From Patescibacteria group bacterium (GTDB lineage: Bacteria; Patescibacteriota; Patescibacteriia; Veblenbacterales; UBA10138), in contig JAHITT010000001.1 in NCBI GenBank assembly GCA_018817715.1, forward strand, positions 109,781 to 173,780: 64,000 nt of DNA. The letters are read 5' to 3'. A program made the position numbers and the translations under genes. Shown here piece after piece: positions 35,899 to 44,688 of this stretch. Below the pieces are notes generated by a model. That model was not told the origin of the DNA. It saw nothing but the letters and a program-made list of their open reading frames with translations, and did no database searches. Position 1 is the first letter of the stretch. Every line of letters starts with the position of its first letter.

Positions 35899-36204
35899 AT
35901 GAGCATGTTTTCCAAACTCAAAGAAATTAAAGATTTAAGACATCAAGCTAAATCCATTCAAGACTTGTTAGCGCAAGAACACGTAGAAACCTCGGCTGCC
36001 TGGGGTAAAGTTACGGTTAAAATGAGTGGCAATCAGGAAATAGAAGAAATAATTATTGACCGAGAATTAATGACGCCTGATAAAAAATCCGACTTAGAAA
36101 AAGGCCTTAAAGAAGCGGTTAATGAAGCTAACAAAAAAGTACAAAAAATCATGGCCGCCAAAGTGCGTCAGCAAGGCGGTTTGAATATTCCTGGACTTAA
36201 GTAA
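35899..36204 (+). CDS. YbaB/EbfC nucleoid-associated protein
   Basis: GKVTVKMSGNQEI, EAVNEA, GLNIPGL; near recR. Confidence 0.88.
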   Translation: MSMFSKLKEIKDLRHQAKSIQDLLAQEHVETSAAWGKVTVKMSGNQEIEEIIIDRELMTPDKKSDLEKGLKEAVNEANKKVQKIMAAKVRQQGGLNIPGLK

Positions 36205-36210
36205 TAACTT

Positions 36211-36651
36211 ATGGAAAAGGCTTGCGATTTTTGTAATAAAAACAATTTCGCCACCAGAATTTATTTGGAAAATAAATACTTTTATTGGCTACTAAACAGA
36301 CGACCCCTTAAACCTGGGCATACTTTAATAATTCCCAAAAAACACTGCCTGGCTTTAACCGACCTAACCACCGAAGAAAACTCCCTTTTGTTAAATGATT
36401 TAAAAAAATATTTACCCCAGTTATTAAAAGTTTTTAAAGCTGTTGGTTATAATTTAGCTATTAATTTTTCTGAAACAGCCGGACAAACCGTCCCCCATTT
36501 ACATATTCATATCGTTCCCCGGCCACAAAGTGACTCCACAGAAAAAGTTGATTATGTCCGAGCTGAATTTTACCGCAATACGCCGGAAATTAATCGAACC
36601 CTGCTAACAGAACAAGAAATTAATCAGCAAATTAAACTACTTAATCAATGA
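36211..36651 (+). CDS. HIT family protein
   Basis: CDFC, PGHTLIIPKKH, AGQTVPHLHIHIVPR. Confidence 0.93.
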   Translation: MEKACDFCNKNNFATRIYLENKYFYWLLNRRPLKPGHTLIIPKKHCLALTDLTTEENSLLLNDLKKYLPQLLKVFKAVGYNLAINFSETAGQTVPHLHIHIVPRPQSDSTEKVDYVRAEFYRNTPEINRTLLTEQEINQQIKLLNQ

Positions 36652-37217
36652 AACAAGCAGTTATAATTCATGGTTTTGGTGGTAGCCCAGACAATGGTTT
36701 TAAAGGCTGGCTTAAAAATGAATTAGAGCAAGCCGGATGGACAGTTTTTAATCCGCAAATGCCCAACCCCAAACAACCTCTCCAACAAGACTGGGTAAAT
36801 ACCATAATTCAAAATATTCCTAATCCGGACCAACAAACTTACCTGGTGGGCCACAGTTTAGGCTGTATTGCCATACTGCGGTATTTAGAACAATTGCCAA
36901 ACAATATAAAAATCGGCGGCGTCTTCTTGGTGGCCGGTTTTAGTCAAATGCTAAAAGATGCCAAATACCAACCTCTGGCTAATTTTTTTAATAAACCGAT
37001 TGCTTGGCCCAAAATCAAACAAGTTTGTCCTAATTTAATTTGTTTTTTCTCTAACAATGATTGGGCTGTGCCGGCTAAACAAATTACACCTTTTAAACAA
37101 CAGGGCGCTAAAATAATTATTTTGCCAGACCGTGGCCATTTTTCCGACAATGACGGCTGTATTAATTTACCAGAACTAAAGCAAGCTATCCTCAATTTAT
37201 CCAAAAAACCCGCTTGA
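36648..37217 (+). CDS. RBBP9/YdeN family alpha/beta hydrolase
   Basis: IIHGFGG, VGHSLGC, SNND, GHF. Confidence 0.9.
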   Translation: MKQAVIIHGFGGSPDNGFKGWLKNELEQAGWTVFNPQMPNPKQPLQQDWVNTIIQNIPNPDQQTYLVGHSLGCIAILRYLEQLPNNIKIGGVFLVAGFSQMLKDAKYQPLANFFNKPIAWPKIKQVCPNLICFFSNNDWAVPAKQITPFKQQGAKIIILPDRGHFSDNDGCINLPELKQAILNLSKKPA

Positions 37218-37231
37218 TTAAGCGGGTTTTT
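37203..37231 (+). terminator. intrinsic terminator
   Basis: AAAAACCCGCTT-GATT-AAGCGGGTTTTT. Confidence 0.8.
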
Positions 37232-37237
37232 AAAAAA

Positions 37238-37263
37238 TGAAACAAAATCTCCAATTAATTGTA
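37238..37263 (+). promoter_or_regulatory. ECF-type promoter TGAAAC-N16-TGTA
   Basis: Directly upstream of the second ECF sigma; repeated at 38628. Confidence 0.7.
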
Positions 37264-37273
37264 TTATATAGAT

Positions 37274-37843
37274 ATGGACTTAACTGCTTTAACAGACGAA
37301 CAATTAGCTAATAAGGTACAACAGGGCCAATTTGAAGCCTTTGACCAACTAATGTCCCGCTATCAAGAAAAAATTCTGCGCTATGTAAAACGGCTAACCA
37401 ATAACCGGCCAGATAGCGAAGATATTGTTCAGGAAACCTTTTTAAAAGCTTACCAAAATATTAATAGCTTTAAAATTGATATGCGTTGGTCGCCCTGGCT
37501 GTACCGTATCGCCCATAATTTAAGCTTTAATTTTTTAAAACGTTTAAGCTACAGCCCCTTGCCGTTTTTTGACCCCGACACCCTGTGGCCCCATCCTGTA
37601 GCTCCCGAAGATCCTAATAAAGATATTTTGGATAAAGAACTGAAAGAACATTTAGATGACTGTTTAAAAAAATTAAAACCCAAATACCGCGAAGTAGTTA
37701 TTATGCGCCACCAAGAAGACTTATCCTACAAAGACATAGCAGAAATTCTAAAAATACCTTTGGGCACAGTTAGCATCCGGCTCAAACGGGCTGGCCAAGA
37801 GCTTAAAAAAATTTGCCAACCACAGGATTTAAAATATGACTAA
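37274..37843 (+). CDS. ECF RNA polymerase sigma factor (SigW-like)
   Basis: EDIVQETFLKAY, WLYRIAHN, LSYKDIAEILKIPLGTVSIRLKRA. Confidence 0.95.
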   Translation: MDLTALTDEQLANKVQQGQFEAFDQLMSRYQEKILRYVKRLTNNRPDSEDIVQETFLKAYQNINSFKIDMRWSPWLYRIAHNLSFNFLKRLSYSPLPFFDPDTLWPHPVAPEDPNKDILDKELKEHLDDCLKKLKPKYREVVIMRHQEDLSYKDIAEILKIPLGTVSIRLKRAGQELKKICQPQDLKYD

Positions 37844-38624
37844 ACTCAATCAACCACTCAATTTAAATAACCTTAAACAACTGGTCACAGCCAAAATAAC
37901 CAGCGGCCAAGTAAAAATGCACAGCAAAACTTTCTTTGCTACGGGCCGAGTTTTAAGTTGGCTAAGCGGCCTATTGTTTAGCTTATTATTAATACTGCTA
38001 ACTAGTTTTATAGTTTATGTTCTACGTTATAATAGTTTAGTTTTTAAAGGCTTTGGTTGGTCTGGTTTAAATATTTTTCTAAATTCCTTGCCTATTTTAG
38101 CCTTAATAATCGTTACTTTACTGGGTTTAAGTTTAAGCTTATTAGCTTGGCGCCAAACACCAGCTTATAAAAAACCAGCCGCTTACACTGTTGGACTCAC
38201 TATAGTTGTAAGCCTAATAATCGGCTTAGCTATTAATCTAACCCCTTTGCATGCCCGACTGGCTGAAAAAGCCTTTAACCGACAATTACCAGTTTTAGGT
38301 CCAGTCTATAGCCAAAATCTTAATGGCCGCTGGTTAGGCGCTACCGCTGGCACTATCACAGATATACAAAATAATAATTGGGAAATTGAAGATAATTTGC
38401 AAACTCTGTGGTTAGTAAAAATAAGCCCAACCACTCGCTTTCCTTTTGATAAAGATTTCCACATTGGCGATAAAGTCATAATCCACGGACCAACCAGTAA
38501 CCAAACCATCAAAGCTAAGGGGGTTAGAAAAATAGATGATCAAGAAAAAATAAACTTCCCTCATATGCAAAATGGACGAGGTCCGGGTAAATTACGCAAC
38601 CCGCGACCATTACCCAATCCCTAA
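37836..38624 (+). CDS. 3-TM membrane protein with C-terminal DUF5666-like beta domain, candidate anti-sigma
   Basis: Overlaps sigma stop; GTITDI..VKISPTTRF..IGDKVIIHG..IKAKGVR. Confidence 0.7.
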   Translation: MTKLNQPLNLNNLKQLVTAKITSGQVKMHSKTFFATGRVLSWLSGLLFSLLLILLTSFIVYVLRYNSLVFKGFGWSGLNIFLNSLPILALIIVTLLGLSLSLLAWRQTPAYKKPAAYTVGLTIVVSLIIGLAINLTPLHARLAEKAFNRQLPVLGPVYSQNLNGRWLGATAGTITDIQNNNWEIEDNLQTLWLVKISPTTRFPFDKDFHIGDKVIIHGPTSNQTIKAKGVRKIDDQEKINFPHMQNGRGPGKLRNPRPLPNP

Positions 38625-38627
38625 TTA

Positions 38628-38654
38628 TGAAACAAAAGAGTCGGCCCGTTTGTA
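38628..38654 (+). promoter_or_regulatory. ECF-type promoter TGAAAC-N17-TGTA
   Basis: TGAAACAAAA...TTGTATTA, matching the 37238 site. Confidence 0.65.
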
Positions 38655-38700
38655 TTAATAAGTGAAAGGTCGATTAATAAAAACTTATCTTAGTAAACTT

Positions 38701-39144
38701 ATGAAAAAAACAGCTATTATGGTAACTTCGTTAGTTTTGGGTTTAGGCTTGGTTTATACTGCTTTAGCCGCTGGACCAACCAACAGTTACAAAAATAACC
38801 AAGCCGGTTTTGGTCGGCAAAATATGTTAGATAGTAAAGCTAAAATATTAGGCCTAACTAGCGACGAATTAAAAACCAAACTGGATTCTGGTTTAAACTT
38901 CCAACAAATTGCCGAGCAACAGAATATCTCCTTAGCTGATTGGCAAGCTAAAATAAAAGCCAATCATCAGGAAAAATTACAAAAAATGGTAAGTGCTGGA
39001 ATTATTACTCAAGACCAAGCTGACAGCCGTTTACAACAAATGGCCGAAAGGCAAAACAATCACCCTAACAACCAACCCTTTAACAAAGGTGCCAACCGAG
39101 GCTTACATTTTGGCAGAGGTATGAGTTTAGGTCTTAATCGTTAA
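38701..39144 (+). CDS. secreted helical protein
   Basis: Signal peptide ending ALA-A; AKILGLTSDEL..G..FQQIAEQQ, VSAGIITQDQAD. Confidence 0.8.
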   Translation: MKKTAIMVTSLVLGLGLVYTALAAGPTNSYKNNQAGFGRQNMLDSKAKILGLTSDELKTKLDSGLNFQQIAEQQNISLADWQAKIKANHQEKLQKMVSAGIITQDQADSRLQQMAERQNNHPNNQPFNKGANRGLHFGRGMSLGLNR

Positions 39145-39169
39145 TCTTTAAGACTAACTAATTCACTGC

Positions 39170-39199
39170 TAAAAAGAGCTTTATTTATAAGCTCTTTTT
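39170..39199 (+). terminator. intrinsic terminator
   Basis: AAAAGAGCTT..AAGCTCTTTTT. Confidence 0.7.
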
Positions 39200-39227
39200 G
39201 GTATAATAAACAAGTGTTAATAAGTCA

Positions 39228-39325
39228 AAATAAACAAATCTTAATCCCGCCCTGGCGGGACTAAATCTTAAATAATTCTCAATACCCAAATCAAAATTAG
39301 GATTTAGGATTTAGGATTTAAAATT
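39228..39325. repeat. heptamer-repeat tract with embedded GC palindrome
   Basis: AAATCTT-like units, TCCCGCC-CT-GGCGGGA palindrome, then (TTAGGAT)x3 at 39297-39317. Confidence 0.7.
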
Positions 39326-39341
39326 TTTAATTTTTTCTATC

Positions 39342-39941
39342 ATGTCACCCACTCCGCACGCTTTAGAACAATTACTCAAAGAATTTTCCCAACTACCTGG
39401 CATCGGCCCTAAAACAGCTGAACGCTTAGTTTACTATTTACTTAAAAAACCAAAAAATAATTTACTAAATTTTGCCGCTAGTCTAAAAAAAGTCCATGCT
39501 GAAGTAGGTACTTGTTCTGTTTGTTTTAGGTTTGCCGATCAGAATCCTTGCCAGATTTGTACCGATAGTAAACGTGATCATCATATTATCTGCGTAGTAG
39601 CCGCCAGCCAAAATATACCCGCCCTAGAAAAAACTCACGCCTTCCATGGTTTATATCATGTTTTGGGTGGTTTAATAAATCCTTTGGAAGGCATAACGCC
39701 GGATCAAATACGTTTTAAAGAATTAATAAATCGCTTAAAAACCAATGGCGTTCAAGAAGTAATTCTGGCCCTTAATCCTGACATAAATGGCGAAACAACC
39801 AATTTATATTTAAGTCAAATGATAAAACCTTTAAAAATAAAAGTTACTCGCCTGGCTCGTGGCCTGCCCATGGGAGCTGATTTGGAATATGCTGACGAAA
39901 TAACTTTGGAAAACGCTCTTAAAGAACGACGGGAATTGTAA
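39342..39941 (+). CDS. recR: recombination mediator RecR
   Basis: LPGIGPKTAERL, C4 zinc finger, YHVLGG, LARGLPMGADLEYAD. Confidence 0.97.
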   Translation: MSPTPHALEQLLKEFSQLPGIGPKTAERLVYYLLKKPKNNLLNFAASLKKVHAEVGTCSVCFRFADQNPCQICTDSKRDHHIICVVAASQNIPALEKTHAFHGLYHVLGGLINPLEGITPDQIRFKELINRLKTNGVQEVILALNPDINGETTNLYLSQMIKPLKIKVTRLARGLPMGADLEYADEITLENALKERREL

Positions 39942-39960
39942 TAATACTGGTAGCCAATCT

Positions 39961-39995
39961 ATAACCCCACTTAGCTTTAAGCCAAGTGGGGTTAT
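39961..39995. terminator. bidirectional terminator
   Basis: ATAACCCCACTT..AAGTGGGGTTAT. Confidence 0.75.
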
Positions 39996-40000
39996 ATTAT

Positions 40001-40138
40001 TTATTCATCATCCTCATCATCTTCTTCTTCCTCTTCAGATTCTTTGTCGTACTCTTCTGTTTCTTCTTCTTGAGGTTGATAACCAGCAACGTCATCGTTG
40101 GCTTGGTCATCATTTTGTATCAGCTCGTCATCGAGCAT
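40001..40138 (-). CDS. 45-aa highly acidic microprotein
   Basis: MLDDELIQNDDQANDDVAGYQPQEEETEEYDKESEEEEEDDEDDE; AAGGA upstream; lies between rplU and the terminator. Confidence 0.75.
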   Translation of the reverse strand: MLDDELIQNDDQANDDVAGYQPQEEETEEYDKESEEEEEDDEDDE

Positions 40139-40196
40139 ATGTTATATCCTTGTTCTTTAGTTTTTTAAAACTAAAGCATTAGGTTGATTAGTTTAT

Positions 40197-40514
40197 TTAA
40201 GATATCTTACCTACCTTAACTTCGGTAAAAGGCTGCCGGTGGCCATAAACTTTATGATACCTGACCTTGGCTTTATAATGGACTACTCTTATTTTTTTAG
40301 CCCGACCCTGTTTTAAAACCGTTGCCTTAATTTCCAATTTTACATTGGGTTGGCCAATGGTTACTTCAGAACCATCATCTTCGGCTGTTAACAAAACATC
40401 ATTTAAAACAAAATCTTTAGCCACTTCCGAATTAATTTTTTCTATTTTTAAAACATCGCCCTCGTGAACCAAATACTGTTTGCCACCAGTGCGAACTACG
40501 GCCATCTTAGACAT
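40197..40514 (-). CDS. rplU: 50S ribosomal protein L21
   Basis: AVVRTGGKQY, GHRQPFT. Confidence 0.97.
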   Translation of the reverse strand: MSKMAVVRTGGKQYLVHEGDVLKIEKINSEVAKDFVLNDVLLTAEDDGSEVTIGQPNVKLEIKATVLKQGRAKKIRVVHYKAKVRYHKVYGHRQPFTEVKVGKIS

Positions 40515-40547
40515 AATTTAAATACCATTAAAAATATAAGCTTAGGT

Positions 40548-40576
40548 AGAATACTATAACCACTGGCTAGTGTCAA
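40548..40576 (-). promoter_or_regulatory. sigma70 promoter for rplU
   Basis: TTGACA-17-TATTCT. Confidence 0.7.
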
Positions 40577-40607
40577 CCCTGCAAACAATTAATTTTTTTG
40601 GCTAATC

Positions 40608-41063
40608 TTAGGGTAAATATTCAATTTTAAGACCCTCTTTAACATTATTTTCTTTAGCCCAACCAGCTGAAGTTTCTAAAACCATATCCACTGGTTGAGG
40701 CGGGGTAACAGTTTGCACACGAGGATCTTCTAGTAAGGGTGGTGGCACGTTACTGTTTATACCCACCACCACACCTTGATAAAACCAAATTATATCAATA
40801 GAAAAGTTCATTTTATCCATCCAAAAAGTATAAACATCCGACTGACCAAAAACAAACAACATTCCCCGATTTTTATTTAAAAAAGGCCGACCAGACAAAC
40901 CTTTAGCTTGATCCTCTGGGGTAGTAGCTAGTTCCACTGTTAACTCACCCTGAGCTAATTTAATTCTTTTTTCTGGTAAGGTTTTAAGAGTCTGCTGAGC
41001 ACTACAACCGGCCAATAAAATTACTACCAAACTTAGCCCTATAAGGCTTGACTTTTTTAGCAT
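40608..41063 (-). CDS. DUF192 family protein with lipobox
   Basis: LLAGC; GLSGR..GMLFVF..FWM..IDIIW..VLE..AG. Confidence 0.9.
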   Translation of the reverse strand: MLKKSSLIGLSLVVILLAGCSAQQTLKTLPEKRIKLAQGELTVELATTPEDQAKGLSGRPFLNKNRGMLFVFGQSDVYTFWMDKMNFSIDIIWFYQGVVVGINSNVPPPLLEDPRVQTVTPPQPVDMVLETSAGWAKENNVKEGLKIEYLP

Positions 41064-41153
41064 ATTGGTATTATAGTAAAGTATTCTTTAAAAATCTATT
41101 AAATAAATTTGGTCACCCAAAACAAAAACAACCTTAACAATTAGGAGTACATC

Positions 41154-41705
41154 ATGGAAATAGCACTGATAGCCTTATTAGAAGAGTTCTTTCAGTTAGT
41201 TAAATCTAGAATAACCAGCACTTCTACCCAAATATTTATTGAACAATTTTCCTTGTTTTGTAAAAAATATTCCATCATAGAAACTGACAGGGAGAAATTC
41301 CTAAAATCGTCTATCAATAGTTACAATATAAAATATGAAGACGAAACTTCTCACGAAAAATTCGATAAACTAAATAACTTGCCTGAGTTTAGAGAATTAA
41401 TAGATAATATAAAAATTGCCACCAAAGAAAAAAAAGAAATAGACATCTTAAGAAATCAACTTTTTGAATCTATAGACAAAGAAGAATTTGAAAAAACAAT
41501 ATTTAAAGAAATTGAAAAAAACATTCTAGAAACAAATAAAGATATTTTTACTAACAACAAAATATCCAATCTGATAATAGAATGTAATCGCTGGTCAATT
41601 AAACCAAATAAAATAATGTCAACAGTAAAAGAATCTTGCAAAGATCCTCAAATATATTTTGACAAAAAAATCTCTGTTTTCTCTATTGCTGAATTTATAA
41701 ATTAA
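41154..41705 (+). CDS. AT-rich orphan hypothetical protein
   Basis: 183-aa K/E/I/N-rich ORF with AGGAG RBS; no recognised motif. Confidence 0.7.
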   Translation: MEIALIALLEEFFQLVKSRITSTSTQIFIEQFSLFCKKYSIIETDREKFLKSSINSYNIKYEDETSHEKFDKLNNLPEFRELIDNIKIATKEKKEIDILRNQLFESIDKEEFEKTIFKEIEKNILETNKDIFTNNKISNLIIECNRWSIKPNKIMSTVKESCKDPQIYFDKKISVFSIAEFIN

Positions 41706-41733
41706 TATACACAATAATTCCTTCAAGGTCCGC

Positions 41734-42783
41734 TTATATAAGTTGGCCTTGCTTTTTTTTATAAGCCCAAACCAATACTATACCTAACATTATCATTACT
41801 AAAACCAAAACCAGCAAAGCCCAAATTTTACCTAAGCTACTTAAAAATAAAGCTGTTAAACCAAACAAAGCAGTTAAAACATAAAGAAAAACCACTGCTT
41901 GACGATGCGATAAACCAACATCCAATAAACGATGGTGCAAGTGGCGCCTATCTGAAGCTGCTAAACTTTTCTTTTCCAAAAACAAACGTCTAATAATTAC
42001 CCAAACCACATCCAATATCGGCACGCCCATAACTAACAAAGCCGTAGCAATTTTACTACCGCTAATAATAGCCAATACACCCAACATAAAACCAATATAC
42101 AAACTACCACCTTCGCCCAAAAAAATCTTAGCCGGCTGCCAGTTCCACCACAAAAAACCTAAACAAGCGCCCGCCATCACCAAAGCCAAATAACCAACCG
42201 ACGGCTGGTAAAAGGCTGTTACTTGAGTTAAACCAAAAATTATTAAACTACCAATTAAACCAATACCCGTAGCCAAACCATCTAAACCATCTAATAATTT
42301 AGTGGTATACATAGTGCCTAACAGCCAAAAAAAGGTCAAAAACAAGCCTAAATAAGGCCAAAAATCATTAAGCTTAATAACACCGCCCAAGGGATTGGTA
42401 ACAGCCGAAACTGTCACACCGCCAACCATAACAGTGGCCACCGCTAGCAGTGGCCAAAGAATCTGTTGCCAAGGCTTAAGTTTGTAGCAATCATCCAAAT
42501 ACCCGCCGACCATTAATAAACCACTGCCAATCATTAAACTTATAATTTGTCTAGCAGTTATATCTCGACCAATTATTAAATCTGTAAAAAAGGCTAAATA
42601 ACCAACCAACAACAAAACTGTTAACCAAATAGCCGTACCGCCCAACAAAGCCACCGGTTGTGAATGAATTTTTCTTAGATTATCCGGATTATCCACTATT
42701 TTAAAATGCCAAGCTACTTTTTTTACTAAAAAAGTTAAACTATAAGCCACTATAAAACTGATAATAAAAAAAATAATTTTCAT
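41734..42783 (-). CDS. glycosyltransferase family 4 (WecA/TagO-like undecaprenyl-phosphate GlcNAc-1-P transferase)
   Basis: RKIH..P..LGG, GYLDD, DGLDGLA, PAKIFLGEGG, HLHHRL. Confidence 0.92.
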   Translation of the reverse strand: MKIIFFIISFIVAYSLTFLVKKVAWHFKIVDNPDNLRKIHSQPVALLGGTAIWLTVLLLVGYLAFFTDLIIGRDITARQIISLMIGSGLLMVGGYLDDCYKLKPWQQILWPLLAVATVMVGGVTVSAVTNPLGGVIKLNDFWPYLGLFLTFFWLLGTMYTTKLLDGLDGLATGIGLIGSLIIFGLTQVTAFYQPSVGYLALVMAGACLGFLWWNWQPAKIFLGEGGSLYIGFMLGVLAIISGSKIATALLVMGVPILDVVWVIIRRLFLEKKSLAASDRRHLHHRLLDVGLSHRQAVVFLYVLTALFGLTALFLSSLGKIWALLVLVLVMIMLGIVLVWAYKKKQGQLI

Positions 42784-42784
42784 A

Positions 42785-43183
42785 TTAACCTTGTTTAGTT
42801 TTATCTAACCAGGTTTGTAATAAAAAAACTGCCGCCAATTCATCACGCTCCTTAGGACTACCTTGATTAATGGCCGTATCAGCCTGTCGCGAAGTTAATC
42901 TTTCATCCTGCAAACTAACCGGCACCGATAAGCTATCTGTTAATAATTTGGCAAAACGCTGGCAATCTTTAGTTTGTTCGGAAATTTGACCAGATAAACT
43001 TACTGGCTCCCCTACTACTACTCGACTAACACCTTCTTCGGTTATCAAACTTGTAATAGCTGTTAATATTTCATTATCAGATAAATCTTTTAGCACACCA
43101 CGCGGAAAAGCTAAACCTATTTCGGTATCACCAATAGCTAAACCAACTCGCTTACTACCATAATCTATGGCCAAAATCTTCAT
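42785..43183 (-). CDS. ruvX: YqgF/RuvX nuclease
   Basis: LAIDYGSKRVGLA, VVGEP, DERLTS. Confidence 0.93.
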   Translation of the reverse strand: MKILAIDYGSKRVGLAIGDTEIGLAFPRGVLKDLSDNEILTAITSLITEEGVSRVVVGEPVSLSGQISEQTKDCQRFAKLLTDSLSVPVSLQDERLTSRQADTAINQGSPKERDELAAVFLLQTWLDKTKQG

Positions 43184-43207
43184 ATAACCAACTTAAAAAG
43201 TAAAATC

Positions 43208-43972
43208 TTATTTAGTTAATATCTCACAACCTTTATCAGTAACGGCTACAGTTACTTCAAAATGAGCTGACAGGCTACCGTCAGTAGTTACAACTGTCCA
43301 ACCATCAGATAAAACTTTAATATCAGACTGGCCCATATTAACCATTGGTTCTAAAGCTACAGTCATACCAGTTTTAAACTTTAAACCTTGGCCCGCCTGA
43401 CCAAAATTTGGTATGGGCGGATCTTCGTGAACAGCATAACCAACCCCGTGACCAACCATTTGTTTAACCACACTAAAACCCTGCTTTTCAACATAAACCT
43501 GAACAGCCTGACCAAAATCTCCAACAGTAGCCCCGTCTTTAATAACAGCCAAACCAACACTTAAAGCCTGCTTGGTAACCTTAATTAGCTTTTCTGCTTG
43601 GCTAGATATTTTCCCCACGGCCACGGTTATAGCCATATCAGTACATAAGCCTTGATACCAACAACCAACATCTAAACCAACTAACTGGCCAGTTTGCAGT
43701 ATAATATTGGAACTAGGCAAACCATGTACTACGGCGCTGTCAACCGAAGTGCATAAAGTCGCCGGATAAGGATTACCAGTTTCTTTACCATAATGTAAAA
43801 AAGAGGGTTTAGCTCCCCTATCTTTTAATAATTTTTCCGCCAAATCATTTAAATAAGCCGTACTAACGCCTGGTTTAACTTCTGTAGCTACTAAATGTAG
43901 AACCTCAGCTAAAATCCGCCCACCTTGGCGCATTATTTCTATTTCTTCGTTTTTTTTAATCAATTTAGACAT
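43208..43972 (-). CDS. map: methionine aminopeptidase type I
   Basis: VVHGLP, GHGVG..HEDP, ALEPM, SAHFE. Confidence 0.97.
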   Translation of the reverse strand: MSKLIKKNEEIEIMRQGGRILAEVLHLVATEVKPGVSTAYLNDLAEKLLKDRGAKPSFLHYGKETGNPYPATLCTSVDSAVVHGLPSSNIILQTGQLVGLDVGCWYQGLCTDMAITVAVGKISSQAEKLIKVTKQALSVGLAVIKDGATVGDFGQAVQVYVEKQGFSVVKQMVGHGVGYAVHEDPPIPNFGQAGQGLKFKTGMTVALEPMVNMGQSDIKVLSDGWTVVTTDGSLSAHFEVTVAVTDKGCEILTK

Positions 43973-43973
43973 T

Positions 43974-44615
43974 CTACTTTCTGGATAATAATTCTTTTTC
44001 TATCAAAGACGCTACCTGATCAATAGTCTGATGGCCATCAATGGTTAACAAAGTTCCTTTTTGTTTATAAAACTCTAACAAAGGTTCGGTTTGATCATGA
44101 TAAGTTTGTAAACGCTGTTTAATAACTTCTGGAACATCATCAACCCGTTGTTCTAAAGCCCCACCGCATTTATTACAAATCCCCACTTGGCTAGGTGGCT
44201 GATAATCAATATGATAAACTGCCCCACAAACCAAACAATTCCGCCGGCCAGCAATTCTTTTAATTCCTTCTTCATCCGATAAAGCCAAATTAATAACTAA
44301 AACATCTGGCATTAATTTATACAAAAATTCAGCCTGGGCCAAAGTCCTAGGATAACCGTCTAATATAAATCCTTGAGGCGACTCACCTAACCTAGCCCCC
44401 ACCAAATGATTGGTAATGTCATCGGGCATCAACTGACCTTTATCTATCACCTCTTTTACCTGCTGACCTAAATTAGAACCACTGCTAACAGCCTGCCGAA
44501 AAATTTCACCAGTAGAAATATGAGCCAAACCAAAACCGGCGGCTAATCTTTTGGCTTGGGTTCCTTTGCCACTACCCTGTGGACCAATAATAACAAAGTG
44601 CCTATTTAATATCAT
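43974..44615 (-). CDS. adk: adenylate kinase (zinc-lid type)
   Basis: GPQGSGKGTQA, LDGYPRT, two CxxC in the lid. Confidence 0.97.
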   Translation of the reverse strand: MILNRHFVIIGPQGSGKGTQAKRLAAGFGLAHISTGEIFRQAVSSGSNLGQQVKEVIDKGQLMPDDITNHLVGARLGESPQGFILDGYPRTLAQAEFLYKLMPDVLVINLALSDEEGIKRIAGRRNCLVCGAVYHIDYQPPSQVGICNKCGGALEQRVDDVPEVIKQRLQTYHDQTEPLLEFYKQKGTLLTIDGHQTIDQVASLIEKELLSRK

Positions 44616-44688
44616 AAAAACAAAAACCGTTGTTTAAAATCCAACGGCTCAATTTTACCTTGATTAAACGACTTTATCAAGAATCTTC

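Noticed and set aside
39986-40168. + strand 60-aa hydrophobic ORF from the track
   Set aside because: Antisense shadow of the D/E-rich minus-strand ORF, which has an RBS and operon context; it also starts inside a terminator.
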